Under the pieces are notes generated by a model. The model did no database searches. It saw only the letters and a program-made list of their open reading frames with translations, and was not told where the DNA came from. From an uncultured Actinomycetota bacterium (lineage in GTDB: Bacteria > Actinomycetota > Actinomycetes > S36-B12 > UBA10799), in NCBI GenBank assembly GCA_963818505.1, contig CAWFSJ010000005.1, positions 10,149 through 74,148 on the forward strand: DNA of 64,000 bases, written 5' to 3'. How positions within the stretch are numbered: position 1 is the stretch's first letter; the number at the start of each line of letters is the position of its first letter. This document shows, in pieces, positions 10,717 through 19,849 of the stretch. A program made the position numbers and the translations under genes.

Positions 10717-11118
10717 TCACAAAAGGCGAAACACCAGGCAGCGGGCCTGCAAGGACAACTGAGCGGCATCCTGACCGTTCGAACCGTGCATCAGGTCGAG
10801 CACTTTGCGCAACTCCATGAGGTCGGGTGGCGGTTGGTTGAAGCGGGGCTGGACGAAGGGCAGGAACTCCGCGGACAACCAGGCGATCAGTCGCTGGCAC
10901 TCAGGGACTCCCGTGTACCCGTCGTCAACGGCAGCGACCACTTCCAGCACGAGCCGGTCGGCGGTCTGGTTGACCTCTTCGTTGACCGCGGTAGGCGCCA
11001 CTCTCGGGGCGGGTATCGAAACCGTTCTCTCAATCACCACGGCGCACCTCCCATGCAACGTAATCAAATCGTGACCTTTGGTGCGACCATCTGACCACAC
11101 GTATGCAGTTCTGTCCAC
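10717..11118 (-). CDS. hypothetical protein (last gene of the XPB operon)
   Basis: 133-aa ORF. In a sampled stretch, third-codon positions were GC in 13 of 14 codons, against 7 of 13 for the overlapping plus-strand ORF 10705..11094. No domain recognised. Confidence 0.6.
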   Translation of the reverse strand: MDRTAYVWSDGRTKGHDLITLHGRCAVVIERTVSIPAPRVAPTAVNEEVNQTADRLVLEVVAAVDDGYTGVPECQRLIAWLSAEFLPFVQPRFNQPPPDLMELRKVLDLMHGSNGQDAAQLSLQARCLVFRLL

Positions 11119-11166
11119 CCCGCATTCGGCTGACCTGGGAATGTCCTGCGCGCGGGGCGCAGGTCA

Positions 11167-12801
11167 TCACAGATCGTGGGCGTCGATGATCCGGTAGGCG
11201 TAGCCCTGCTCAGCGAGGAAGCGCTGCCTGTGTGACGCGAACTCGGCGTCCACAGTGTCGCGGGTGACGACGGTGTAGAAGTGCGCGGTGGCTCCGTCGG
11301 TCTTCGGACGCAGTACCCGCCCGAGACGCTGGGCCTCCTCCTGTCGCGACCCGAAGGTCCCGGACACCTGGATGGCCACCCGTGCCTGCGGCAGGTCGAT
11401 CGAGAAGTTGGCCACCTTGCTCACCACAAGTACCCGGATCTGGCCGGTGCGGAACTCCTGGAAGAGTCGTTGGCGCTCGGAGACCTTCGTCTTGCCCGTG
11501 ATCAGCGGTGCCTCGAGGCCAGCCGCAAGGTCCTCCAACTGGTCGAGGTACTGCCCGATCACCAGGATCTGATCGTCGCCGTGCTGATCGATCAAACGGC
11601 GCACAATGGCCGTCTTGGCCTCTGCGGTGGCAGCCAACCGGTAACGATCCTCGGGTTCGGCCAGGGCGTAGACCATCCGGTCGGCATCAGGCAGGCTGAC
11701 CCGGATCTCGCAGCAGTCGGCCGGTGCGATGTAACCCTGCGCCTCGATCTCGCGCCAAGGTGCGTCGAAGCGCTTGGGGCCGATGAGGGAGAAGACATCG
11801 GACTCCCGGCCGTCCTCGCGCACCAGGGTGGCCGTCAGGCCGATCCGCCGACGGCTCTGGATGTCGGCCGTGAAACGGAAGACCGGTGCCGGCAACAGGT
11901 GCACTTCGTCATAGATGATCAGTCCCCAGTTGCGGGCGTCGAACAACTCCAGGTGCGCGTACACACCTTTGCGTTTGGAGGTGAGGATCTGGTAGGTGGC
12001 GATTGTGACAGGCCGGATCTCCTTGACCTGGCCGCTGTATTCACCGATCTCCTCGGAGGTCAGGCTGGTTCGGGCAATGAGTTCGTCACGCCACTGCCGG
12101 GCCGCGACCGTGTTCGTGACCAGGATCAAGGTGGTCACCTCGGCCATGGCCATGCTGGCCGCCCCGACGATGGTCTTACCGGCCCCGCACGGCAACACCA
12201 CCACCCCGGAACCCCCATGGAAGGCGTTCTCGGCGGCCTGTCTCTGGTAGTCGCGCAGTTCCCATCCCTGCTCCCGCAGGGCGATCGGGTGTTGCTCTCC
12301 GTCGACGTACCCGGCCAGATCATCGGCTGGCCACCCGATGGCGAGCAGAGCCTGCTTGAGTCTGCCCCGCTCACTGGGGTGCACCGCGATGGTGGTCTCA
12401 TCCACCCGCTCGCCCAGCATGGCGGCCGTCTTCCGGTGGCGCATGACTTCGGTCAGAACGGCGTTGTCATGCCCGATCAACACCAGCCCATGGGCGGGGT
12501 GGTTGTGCAACTCCAAGCGGCCGTAGCGACTGACGGTTTCGGTGATGTCAAGCAGCAGTGCCGGTGAGACAGGGAAGCGGGAGAAGCGAACGAGTGTGTC
12601 CACGATCTGCTCCGCGTCGTGTCCAGCCGCTCGAGCGTTCCAGAGCCCGAGGTTGGTCAGGCGGTAACTGTGCACATGCTCCGGCGATCGCTCCAACTCC
12701 GCGAACACCGCGATCTCCCGGCGACATTCGTCTGCCTGCCGATGATCCACCTCCAGCAGCAGGGTGTGGTCGCTCTGGACGATCAGCGGCCCGTCGGTCA
12801 T
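11167..12801 (-). CDS. xpb: XPB/ERCC3-type SF2 DNA helicase
   Basis: ORF trimmed to ATG 12801 (MTDGPLIVQSDHTLLLEV). Walker A LPCGAGKT, DEVH box, and the XPB-specific RED motif (TLVREDGRE). The ATGA overlap with the upstream gene was verified in the sequence. Confidence 0.9.
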   Translation of the reverse strand: MTDGPLIVQSDHTLLLEVDHRQADECRREIAVFAELERSPEHVHSYRLTNLGLWNARAAGHDAEQIVDTLVRFSRFPVSPALLLDITETVSRYGRLELHNHPAHGLVLIGHDNAVLTEVMRHRKTAAMLGERVDETTIAVHPSERGRLKQALLAIGWPADDLAGYVDGEQHPIALREQGWELRDYQRQAAENAFHGGSGVVVLPCGAGKTIVGAASMAMAEVTTLILVTNTVAARQWRDELIARTSLTSEEIGEYSGQVKEIRPVTIATYQILTSKRKGVYAHLELFDARNWGLIIYDEVHLLPAPVFRFTADIQSRRRIGLTATLVREDGRESDVFSLIGPKRFDAPWREIEAQGYIAPADCCEIRVSLPDADRMVYALAEPEDRYRLAATAEAKTAIVRRLIDQHGDDQILVIGQYLDQLEDLAAGLEAPLITGKTKVSERQRLFQEFRTGQIRVLVVSKVANFSIDLPQARVAIQVSGTFGSRQEEAQRLGRVLRPKTDGATAHFYTVVTRDTVDAEFASHRQRFLAEQGYAYRIIDAHDL

Positions 12802-14828
12802 CGTTCGCTGCCGAACGCCGCGATGCGAGCGACCGGGATCGATGAGGCCCGCCCTGCAGTCAGGCTCCACGCCGTCAGCTGCCCGCCACGAAGTTCCAGG
12901 GGTTCGACGAGTTCGGTGCGGGTCCCATCAGAGTCGCTGATCTGCAGCCACAACCGGGTGCCGGCCGACACTGCTTCGCGGCAGACATCGACAACCGCCT
13001 GCGCATCACCGGTGGTGAGCGCAGGTGCGGTTGACTGCTGCGGGTCCGCACCGGACTGCAGATACTCGACCAATCTGGACACAGTGGCGGCATCGGGTTG
13101 CGGCTCAGGGCGCGGATGATCAAGGGGCTTCGGCAGGGCAGTAGCCTGCAGCGCCTGCGCGCTCACGCCCTGTTCGGCCAAACGGCGCACGACCACATCC
13201 ACTGGCAGCTCGGAGACGAACACCCTCGGGCCGATCTGCTGGAGTCCTACCCGACGAGCCGCCTCGTGGTCCTGCTCGGGGACCTCCACCACGGAAGCGC
13301 TGTAGACACGCGCCAAGGACGTGCGGGCGGCATCCTGGATCATGTACTGCACTGGCTGAGGGATAGGCGTGCGCGATGCCTGACCCAACTGCTCAAGGAT
13401 CTGCGTCGGTTCACCGGCTGCCACGGTCGCGCGCACTCTGGCCAGATCCAAGCGATGCAGGCTCATCGGGCCCCAGGAGTCGACCACCGAGATCCCCTCC
13501 AGCAACTGCCAGGTCGCAGCATCGACCACTGCCGGAGCCATGATGGTGGCGTCCGGCTGTACCACGAGACTGCCCGCACCCTGTAGATCCGGGAGCAGGT
13601 CCGCGGCCGCTTCGGGGTCATCGGGAAGCAGGTGAAGGGCCGCCGTGGCAACCTGCGCCTCGATGAGACCCAAGTGGACAAGCTCAGCCTGGATGTCGCC
13701 GACCTGCGACAGAGCGTCATGCATGCGTGGCAGCGCCCACGCGACGGATTCGGCAGCCGTGGCTGTGTCGGCACGGACCCCGGTCGGCCATACGCGCATG
13801 ACGTGCCGTCGGTGGCTGGCGAAACGCGGCTGGTCGTTGGTGGTCAGGCAGCCCAACGCTTCGGGACGACAGGCCAGCAACCGCCTGTTGCTGGGAAGCC
13901 ACGCCTCGATCAGGTCCAGCCACATGCGCCTCGGCCCTGACGCGAGCCACGTGGAGGCCAGTTCGGTGGGCCCGGCACCGGACTCCGATCCCCCGACCAG
14001 CCCTGCCACACTTGCCAGTTCCAACCACACGACCAGATCGTCGATGGGCACACGCAGGCGGCTCGCACGGTCGGTCAGCGCACGGCGGGGCACACCCCTG
14101 GTCTCGTGCCAGGGCAGTGGGTCGCGTCGCAGTTCACCGAGTAGGTAGCGAACCCCCGCCACCGGCGCCCACAAGAGCGAGCCCGGCCCCGGCTCGGCAC
14201 TCTCACCTGCGGCTGGCGCAGATGCGGGACGCAGGTATGAGCCGTCGCGCAGTACCAGCGACCACTCCCTGGGCAGCACGTAGCGTTCACCACGAGAGAT
14301 CATCAGCGGATTCGGCTCGTCCGAGACAGGGTTCTCCCACACAAGTCGGTCGAGCAGTTGGGGGTCGAGCGAACTTGCAGCCGCCCTGATCACAGCCTCG
14401 TCGACGCTGACATGTCCAGCCCCTGCCAGACCGCACGGATGAGCGCCGAACGCCTCACGAGCACAGCGGATGGGATGCAGTTGCGGCCATCCCCACAACA
14501 GCGCCATCTCCCGCAGGTGTGTCACAGCCTCGCGGATCAGGGCCTCATCGTCGGGAAGCACTTCGAGCACTTCTTCAAGGGTCGCGTTCTGCATGCTGGA
14601 GAACACCTCGAGGACGCGCAACTCGGTGGTGGTCAGCGATTGCAGGGCCTCGAGCACGCTGGCATCATCGGCGGCCCGCTTGGCCAACTGCCCCAAGTCA
14701 GCCGGCAGCGGGTGCAACAGGTCGGGACGCATAGTCAGCAGAGTGCGGATCTGGGCGCCATCACGGGCCCGCAAGTCGTCGGCCAAGGAACGGGGGCTGG
14801 GGGTGGGCGCAGAAGTAGCCATCCGCAC
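12798..14828 (-). CDS. conserved XPB-associated protein (Rv0862c-like helicase-associated protein)
   Basis: 676-aa ORF translationally coupled to xpb (TGA/ATG overlap at 12798-12801). Start is GTG 14828 or ATG 14822. The position upstream of ercc3 matches mycobacteria. Confidence 0.75.
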   Translation of the reverse strand: MRMATSAPTPSPRSLADDLRARDGAQIRTLLTMRPDLLHPLPADLGQLAKRAADDASVLEALQSLTTTELRVLEVFSSMQNATLEEVLEVLPDDEALIREAVTHLREMALLWGWPQLHPIRCAREAFGAHPCGLAGAGHVSVDEAVIRAAASSLDPQLLDRLVWENPVSDEPNPLMISRGERYVLPREWSLVLRDGSYLRPASAPAAGESAEPGPGSLLWAPVAGVRYLLGELRRDPLPWHETRGVPRRALTDRASRLRVPIDDLVVWLELASVAGLVGGSESGAGPTELASTWLASGPRRMWLDLIEAWLPSNRRLLACRPEALGCLTTNDQPRFASHRRHVMRVWPTGVRADTATAAESVAWALPRMHDALSQVGDIQAELVHLGLIEAQVATAALHLLPDDPEAAADLLPDLQGAGSLVVQPDATIMAPAVVDAATWQLLEGISVVDSWGPMSLHRLDLARVRATVAAGEPTQILEQLGQASRTPIPQPVQYMIQDAARTSLARVYSASVVEVPEQDHEAARRVGLQQIGPRVFVSELPVDVVVRRLAEQGVSAQALQATALPKPLDHPRPEPQPDAATVSRLVEYLQSGADPQQSTAPALTTGDAQAVVDVCREAVSAGTRLWLQISDSDGTRTELVEPLELRGGQLTAWSLTAGRASSIPVARIAAFGSER

Positions 14829-14840
14829 TACGTTACGTAC

Positions 14841-15671
14841 ATGTCCTCCCGACGCGCGAACGCGGTCCTCGGTTTACACGCCGACCTCGCCAGCAGACCG
14901 GGTCTGCTGATCGCCTTTTCAGGCGGTGTTGACTCCGCCTTCCTGCTCGCCGCCGCCCTGCGCGCATTGCCCGCAGAGCACGTTCTGGCCGTGACCGCGG
15001 TGAGCCCATCGCTGCCCCAAACCGAACGAGAGTCCGCTGGCCGGTTCGCCCAGACACTGGGCGCAGCGCACATAGAAGTGACCACCCACGAGATGCAGCG
15101 CGAGGGTTACCGGCAGAACAGCACATCGCGCTGCTACTTCTGCAAAGCCGAGTTGCTCGACTCGGTCACCGGCTACCTGGCCGAGCTTCCGCCCGGCTCC
15201 TTGGTCGCCACGGGGACGAACGCCGACGACATGGTTGCGGGATTTCGACCCGGGATCCGCGCTGCTGCGGCGCGCGCAGCCATCACGCCATTGGCCGACG
15301 CGGGTCTCACGAAGTCCGATGTCAGGACCCTCGCCCGGCAGTGGGGTTTGTCTGTGTGGGACAAGCCCCAGGCGGCCTGCCTGTCCAGCCGGATCGCCTA
15401 CGGGATCCAGATCTCGACTCCTCGGCTCGCCCGGGTGGAGGCAGCTGAGGTCGCCGCCCGGGAATGCTTGTCCGCCCACCAGGTGCGTTCGGACAATCTG
15501 CGGGTCCGAGACCTCGGGGATGCCGCGCGCATCGAGATCGATGCCGAAGCCGCGGCCCTACCGGGACAGTGGCGTGAGGCCTTGGTGGCTGCAGTGCGAT
15601 CGACCGGTTTCGAGCAGGCCGACATCGACCCGCGCGGTTTCAGATCTGGGTCGATGAACGAGGGGTTGTGA
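14841..15671 (+). CDS. larE: LarE-like PP-loop ATP pyrophosphatase / sulfur transferase (TIGR00268-type)
   Basis: ORF 14358..15671 trimmed to ATG 14841. PP-loop AFSGGVDS. The AACLSSRIAYG segment is equivalent to the LarE Cys loop. An additional CYFC motif is present, and the C-terminal GFRSGSMN matches LarE family ends. Confidence 0.8.
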   Translation: MSSRRANAVLGLHADLASRPGLLIAFSGGVDSAFLLAAALRALPAEHVLAVTAVSPSLPQTERESAGRFAQTLGAAHIEVTTHEMQREGYRQNSTSRCYFCKAELLDSVTGYLAELPPGSLVATGTNADDMVAGFRPGIRAAAARAAITPLADAGLTKSDVRTLARQWGLSVWDKPQAACLSSRIAYGIQISTPRLARVEAAEVAARECLSAHQVRSDNLRVRDLGDAARIEIDAEAAALPGQWREALVAAVRSTGFEQADIDPRGFRSGSMNEGL

Positions 15672-15906
15672 CCGCGTCTTTGATCACCCTGCGCCGACGG
15701 CGTGACTCGGCCCACAGCCACCCGAGCAGGATCGCGAAACCGACGCCGCTGAGCATCGCCAGGAACCACAGCACCGGAATCACGGGGGCCTGGTCGAAGA
15801 CAAGACGCGACAGCACCAGCAGTGCCACTAGGACGCCGACACCGAACAGTGCCAGCCCTAGACCCACCGACCGAGAGCGCATGGCTCCACGGTACGCGCC
15901 GGACAT
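15640..15906 (-). CDS. small membrane protein (two predicted TM helices)
   Basis: 88-aa ORF with hydrophobic segments LGLALFGVGVLVALLVL and VLWFLAMLSGVGFAILLGWLW followed by RRRRR. Its 3' end overlaps the larE 3' end by 32 bp. Confidence 0.5.
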   Translation of the reverse strand: MSGAYRGAMRSRSVGLGLALFGVGVLVALLVLSRLVFDQAPVIPVLWFLAMLSGVGFAILLGWLWAESRRRRRVIKDAVTTPRSSTQI

Positions 15907-15918
15907 CGGTGCTCGGGC

Positions 15919-16959
15919 TCAGAGGTCCCAGGCAGGCTGGATGACATTCACGATCAATGCGGACTTCTCATCCAGCGACATGAAGGCCGCGTCGGCCGCG
16001 GCCAGAGTCGCAGCGTACAGATCCTGGATGTCCCATTCAGCCTCGGTCGCGAGCAGGTGCATCTCCCGGCTCAAGCTCGTCCCGCTCATCAACCGGTTGT
16101 CGGTGTTGAGGGTCACGGCGAAACCGAGATCGTTGAGCAGCGTCACGGGGTGCTCCGCGATCGAGTCCGCGATCCCCGTCTGAAGGTTCGACGAGGGGCA
16201 CACCTCCAGCGGGATCTGCCTGTCGCAGACGTACTGCGCCACATCGCCGAGGAACGCATCTTCGTCGTTGATCTCTATGTCCTCGACGATGCGCACCCCG
16301 TGGCCGAGGCGCTCAGGGGCACAGGTGGCCAAGGCGTCGACGATGCTGGGGATCCCGGCTGCCTCACCGGCGTGGATCGTGTACCGGCACATCGCGGCGC
16401 GCAGTCGGGCGAAGGGGTCGGCGAACAGCGACGCAGGGAAACCGTCCTCCGGTCCGGCGATGTCCATCCCGACGACACCGTCATCGCGGAACGCCACCAC
16501 GAGGTCAGCAACCTCTTCGCCACGATCGGACTGCCGCATGGCGCACAGTAGGGCGTTCACGGTGATCGGCAGGTCCGTGTCGAACCCGTCCAGAGCCGCC
16601 TCCACTGCTTCGGCCATCGACAGGCCACCTGCGGTGAACAGTTCAGGGGCGAAACGGACCTCGGCGTAAACCACGCCGTCCTCCGCAAGGTCCTGCGCGC
16701 ATTCGGCCGCCACCCGGCGGATGGCGTCGGCGCTCTGACACACCGACACTGTGTGCTCGAAGGTCTGCAGGTAACGCACCAATGATCCGCTGTCGGCCGC
16801 ATCCACGAACCAGGCGCCGAGTTCATCGGGGTCGGTGGTGGGCAGCCGGTCGTAGCCGCATTCGCGCGCGAGATCGATGACCGTGGCCGGACGAAGCCCA
16901 CCGTCGAGGTGATCGTGAAGCAGGACTTTGGGCAGGGCACGGATCTCTTCGAGTCGCAT
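15919..16959 (-). CDS. add: adenosine deaminase
   Basis: Motifs LPKVLLHDHLDGGLRP, TIHAGEAAG and LNTDNRLMS. Confidence 0.93.
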   Translation of the reverse strand: MRLEEIRALPKVLLHDHLDGGLRPATVIDLARECGYDRLPTTDPDELGAWFVDAADSGSLVRYLQTFEHTVSVCQSADAIRRVAAECAQDLAEDGVVYAEVRFAPELFTAGGLSMAEAVEAALDGFDTDLPITVNALLCAMRQSDRGEEVADLVVAFRDDGVVGMDIAGPEDGFPASLFADPFARLRAAMCRYTIHAGEAAGIPSIVDALATCAPERLGHGVRIVEDIEINDEDAFLGDVAQYVCDRQIPLEVCPSSNLQTGIADSIAEHPVTLLNDLGFAVTLNTDNRLMSGTSLSREMHLLATEAEWDIQDLYAATLAAADAAFMSLDEKSALIVNVIQPAWDL

Positions 16960-16971
16960 GCCCTGATCCTC

Positions 16972-17364
16972 TCAGACCTCGCGGCCGAGGTCGGAGGGCC
17001 CGAAGGCGCTGGGCAACAGGTCGTTGAGTGTCTTGATCCCGTCGGGGTGATCGATCAGCAACTCGGGTCCGCCGAACTCGTACAACAACTGTCGGCATCT
17101 TCCGCACGGCATCAGCAGTTCACCGTCGCCGTCACAACACGAGAACGCCACCAGCCGACCTCCGCCACTCATCCTCAGGGCGCCCACAAGGGTGCACTCG
17201 GCGCACAGGGTCAGACCGTACGAGGCGTTCTCGACGTTGCATCCGGACACGATTCGGCCGTCGTCCACCAGCGCGGCGGCCCCCACCGGGAACTGCGAGT
17301 ACGGGACGTAGGATCCGGTCAAAGCCCTCCTGGCGTGCGCGCGCAGCGCTTCCCAGTCCGTCAT
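16972..17364 (-). CDS. cdd: cytidine deaminase
   Basis: ORF trimmed to ATG 17364 (ATGA overlap with the upstream permease). Zinc motifs CAEC and PCGRCRQ are present. Confidence 0.9.
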   Translation of the reverse strand: MTDWEALRAHARRALTGSYVPYSQFPVGAAALVDDGRIVSGCNVENASYGLTLCAECTLVGALRMSGGGRLVAFSCCDGDGELLMPCGRCRQLLYEFGGPELLIDHPDGIKTLNDLLPSAFGPSDLGREV

Positions 17365-18650
17365 GACTTCTTGTACGGAATGCCGTCGGCCGCTGGCGCC
17401 CGGACCTTGCCCACCAGGCCGGCCACAGCAAGCAACGTGGCCAGGTAGGGGGTCATGAGCATGAACTCGCTGGGGATCGGAGTGCCGATGATGCTCAGGA
17501 CGCTCTGTAGGTTGTCGGCGAATCCGAAGAACAGCGCAGCGGCCAGTGCGCCCAGTGGCTTCCACCGACCGAATATGACTGCGGCCAGCGCGATGAAGCC
17601 CTTGCCCGCGGTCATCTCCTTGCCGAAGGCGCCCACAGAGGCGACTGTGAAGAAGGCCCCGCCGAGTCCTGCAACCGCTCCACCGAGCAGCACGTTGCGG
17701 AAACGAACCGAGTTCACCTTGATGCCCACGGTGTCTGCGGCCGTTGGGTGCTCACCGACCGCCCGGACCCGCAGTCCCCACTTCGTGCGGAACAGCGCGA
17801 CGTTGATGACGATCACGATGATGTACATCGCATAGACCACGATGTTCTGGTTGAACAGGATCGGGCCGATGATCGGGATGTCACTGAGCACGGGGATGGG
17901 TACCGGCGAGAAGGTGGGCGGGGAGTTCCAGGTCTCCTGGTTGGGCGCGAGTAGCCGCCCGTACAGGAAGGAGGTCAGACCCACTGCCAGCACGTTGAGC
18001 ACGACCCCGAGGATCACCTGGTCGACGAAGTATTTGATCGCGAAGACCGCGAGCAGCAACCCTATGAAGAGACCACCCAGAGGCGCGGCGATCAGGCCCA
18101 GATAGGCGTTCTGGGTGAGGCTGGCGACAACCGCGGCGACGAAAGCACCAGTGAGCAACTGGCCCTCGATCGCGATATTGATGACGCCCGCACGTTCACA
18201 CAGGATGCCCGACATCGCACCGAAGACAAGCGGTACAGCCAGCAGCAAGGATCCCTGCAACAGGCCCACCAGGTTGATGGTGCTCCCAGCCACGGCCCAC
18301 GAAAGGAAACCCAGGACGAAGAACACCCCGAACACACTCGTGTAGGGCCACAGTGGCTTCTCCTTGCGCGCAGCGAAGAGTGCGCCCACTGCTCCCAGCA
18401 GGGCGATCAGGCTGAAGATGATCGCGCTGATTTTCGCCGGCAGTGTCACATCGGGAAGGGCCAGAGCCTCGTCGCCCAGCGTCAACTGGAACGTGACGTC
18501 CTTGCCCGCCCCGGTGAAGAAGCCGAAGATCACGACGGCGAATATCCCCAGCCCGATCAGGACCTTCACCAGACGGGGCACGGGAGGTGTGATGTCGACC
18601 TCGGGCAATACCTCTGGCGCGGGGGTGACTGCGGTGCTCATCCGTTCCAT
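17361..18650 (-). CDS. ABC transporter permease (BMP/nucleoside-type, second permease)
   Basis: 429-aa polytopic membrane protein within the operon of BMP lipoprotein, ATPase and two permeases. Confidence 0.9.
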   Translation of the reverse strand: MERMSTAVTPAPEVLPEVDITPPVPRLVKVLIGLGIFAVVIFGFFTGAGKDVTFQLTLGDEALALPDVTLPAKISAIIFSLIALLGAVGALFAARKEKPLWPYTSVFGVFFVLGFLSWAVAGSTINLVGLLQGSLLLAVPLVFGAMSGILCERAGVINIAIEGQLLTGAFVAAVVASLTQNAYLGLIAAPLGGLFIGLLLAVFAIKYFVDQVILGVVLNVLAVGLTSFLYGRLLAPNQETWNSPPTFSPVPIPVLSDIPIIGPILFNQNIVVYAMYIIVIVINVALFRTKWGLRVRAVGEHPTAADTVGIKVNSVRFRNVLLGGAVAGLGGAFFTVASVGAFGKEMTAGKGFIALAAVIFGRWKPLGALAAALFFGFADNLQSVLSIIGTPIPSEFMLMTPYLATLLAVAGLVGKVRAPAADGIPYKKS

Positions 18651-19849
18651 CCCTTCGCGGTCTGCATGAAACCGGCACTGCCGGTCTCAGGAAGCCTGAA
18701 TATCGATCTGACCAACGGTGGTGCTGCGATGAACAGCACGATCAGAGCCTGGATCACCAGAACGATGTCGATCGGCGTTCCGGTCTGTGTCTGCATGTTC
18801 AGCCCCCCGGCCCGCAGGCCACCGAACAGAAGCCCGGCCGCCACGACACCCCACGGATTGGCCCGGCCCAACAGAGCAACGGTGATCGCGTCGAAGCCGA
18901 TTCCCGCCGAGATGCCGCCGGTCAGCGACTTCTCGGTGCCCAGCACCTGGGCACTGCCCGCCAGCCCCGAAAGACCACCGGCGATGAGCATCACGAGCAA
19001 GTACATCCTCGACACGTTCATGCCAGCCGTGCGCGAGGCGCTCGGGTTCGCGCCGACCGCCCGGAACTGGAAGCCGAGGGTGGACCTGTTGAGCAGCCAG
19101 GACACGAAGGCAGCGGCCAGGATCGCGATGATGATGCCCGCGTGCACGCGCCACTCGTCCAGGATCGTCGGGTACTCGGCCCCCGGGTTGACAGGTGGGC
19201 TGATCGGGTCCTGGCGGCCCTCGCGCAGGAACGCCGGTTTCGTCAGCAGCCAGGCAACGAGGTAGATGGCGATCCAGTTGAGCATGATCGTCGTGATGAC
19301 CTCATGGGCGCCGGTCTTGGCCTTCAGGAATCCTGCGATGCCACCCCACAGAGCGCCACCGACCAATGCCCCGAGGATCGCCAGCGGCAGGTGGATGAAG
19401 ATGGGCATGTCGAACTGGAAACCGATGAAGGAAGCGAAGATGGCGCCCAGGATGATCTGGCCCTCGGCACCGATGTTGAACAGTCCGGCGCGGAACGCCA
19501 AGGCCACCGACAGACCGCCCAGGATCAATGGTGTGGCCATCGTGATGGTCTCGCTGAGAGGCTTCAGGGCGGCGACCAGGCCCTCGGTGGACAACTTCTC
19601 AGGGTTGAACACCATTCCTGTGAGAAGGGCCTTGTAGGCCTCGGAAACCGCCGTCCAGGCGGCACTGAGCGTATCCAGCGGTGCGGCGAAGAAGTACTTG
19701 CTCGCCTCCTGCACCGCCGGGTCCGACAGCGCGATGAAGAAGGCGCCGATGATCAGGGCCAGCACGATCGAGAGGAACGTGATCCCCGCGGTCCCGCTCA
19801 GCGCCGTGCGCAGCCGACTGGGCGCCTTGGTGGTGGTCTCGTCACTCAT
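18638..19849 (-). CDS. ABC transporter permease (BMP/nucleoside-type, first permease)
   Basis: 403-aa polytopic membrane protein that overlaps both flanking operon genes. Confidence 0.9.
   Translation of the reverse strand: MSDETTTKAPSRLRTALSGTAGITFLSIVLALIIGAFFIALSDPAVQEASKYFFAAPLDTLSAAWTAVSEAYKALLTGMVFNPEKLSTEGLVAALKPLSETITMATPLILGGLSVALAFRAGLFNIGAEGQIILGAIFASFIGFQFDMPIFIHLPLAILGALVGGALWGGIAGFLKAKTGAHEVITTIMLNWIAIYLVAWLLTKPAFLREGRQDPISPPVNPGAEYPTILDEWRVHAGIIIAILAAAFVSWLLNRSTLGFQFRAVGANPSASRTAGMNVSRMYLLVMLIAGGLSGLAGSAQVLGTEKSLTGGISAGIGFDAITVALLGRANPWGVVAAGLLFGGLRAGGLNMQTQTGTPIDIVLVIQALIVLFIAAPPLVRSIFRLPETGSAGFMQTAKGWNG

Noticed and set aside
10705-11094. Plus-strand 129-aa ORF in the gap after the GH1 gene.
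   Set aside because: In a sampled stretch its third-codon GC was about 7 of 13, against 13 of 14 for the minus-strand ORF 10717..11118. It would also read through the strong terminator-flanked region in the wrong sense.
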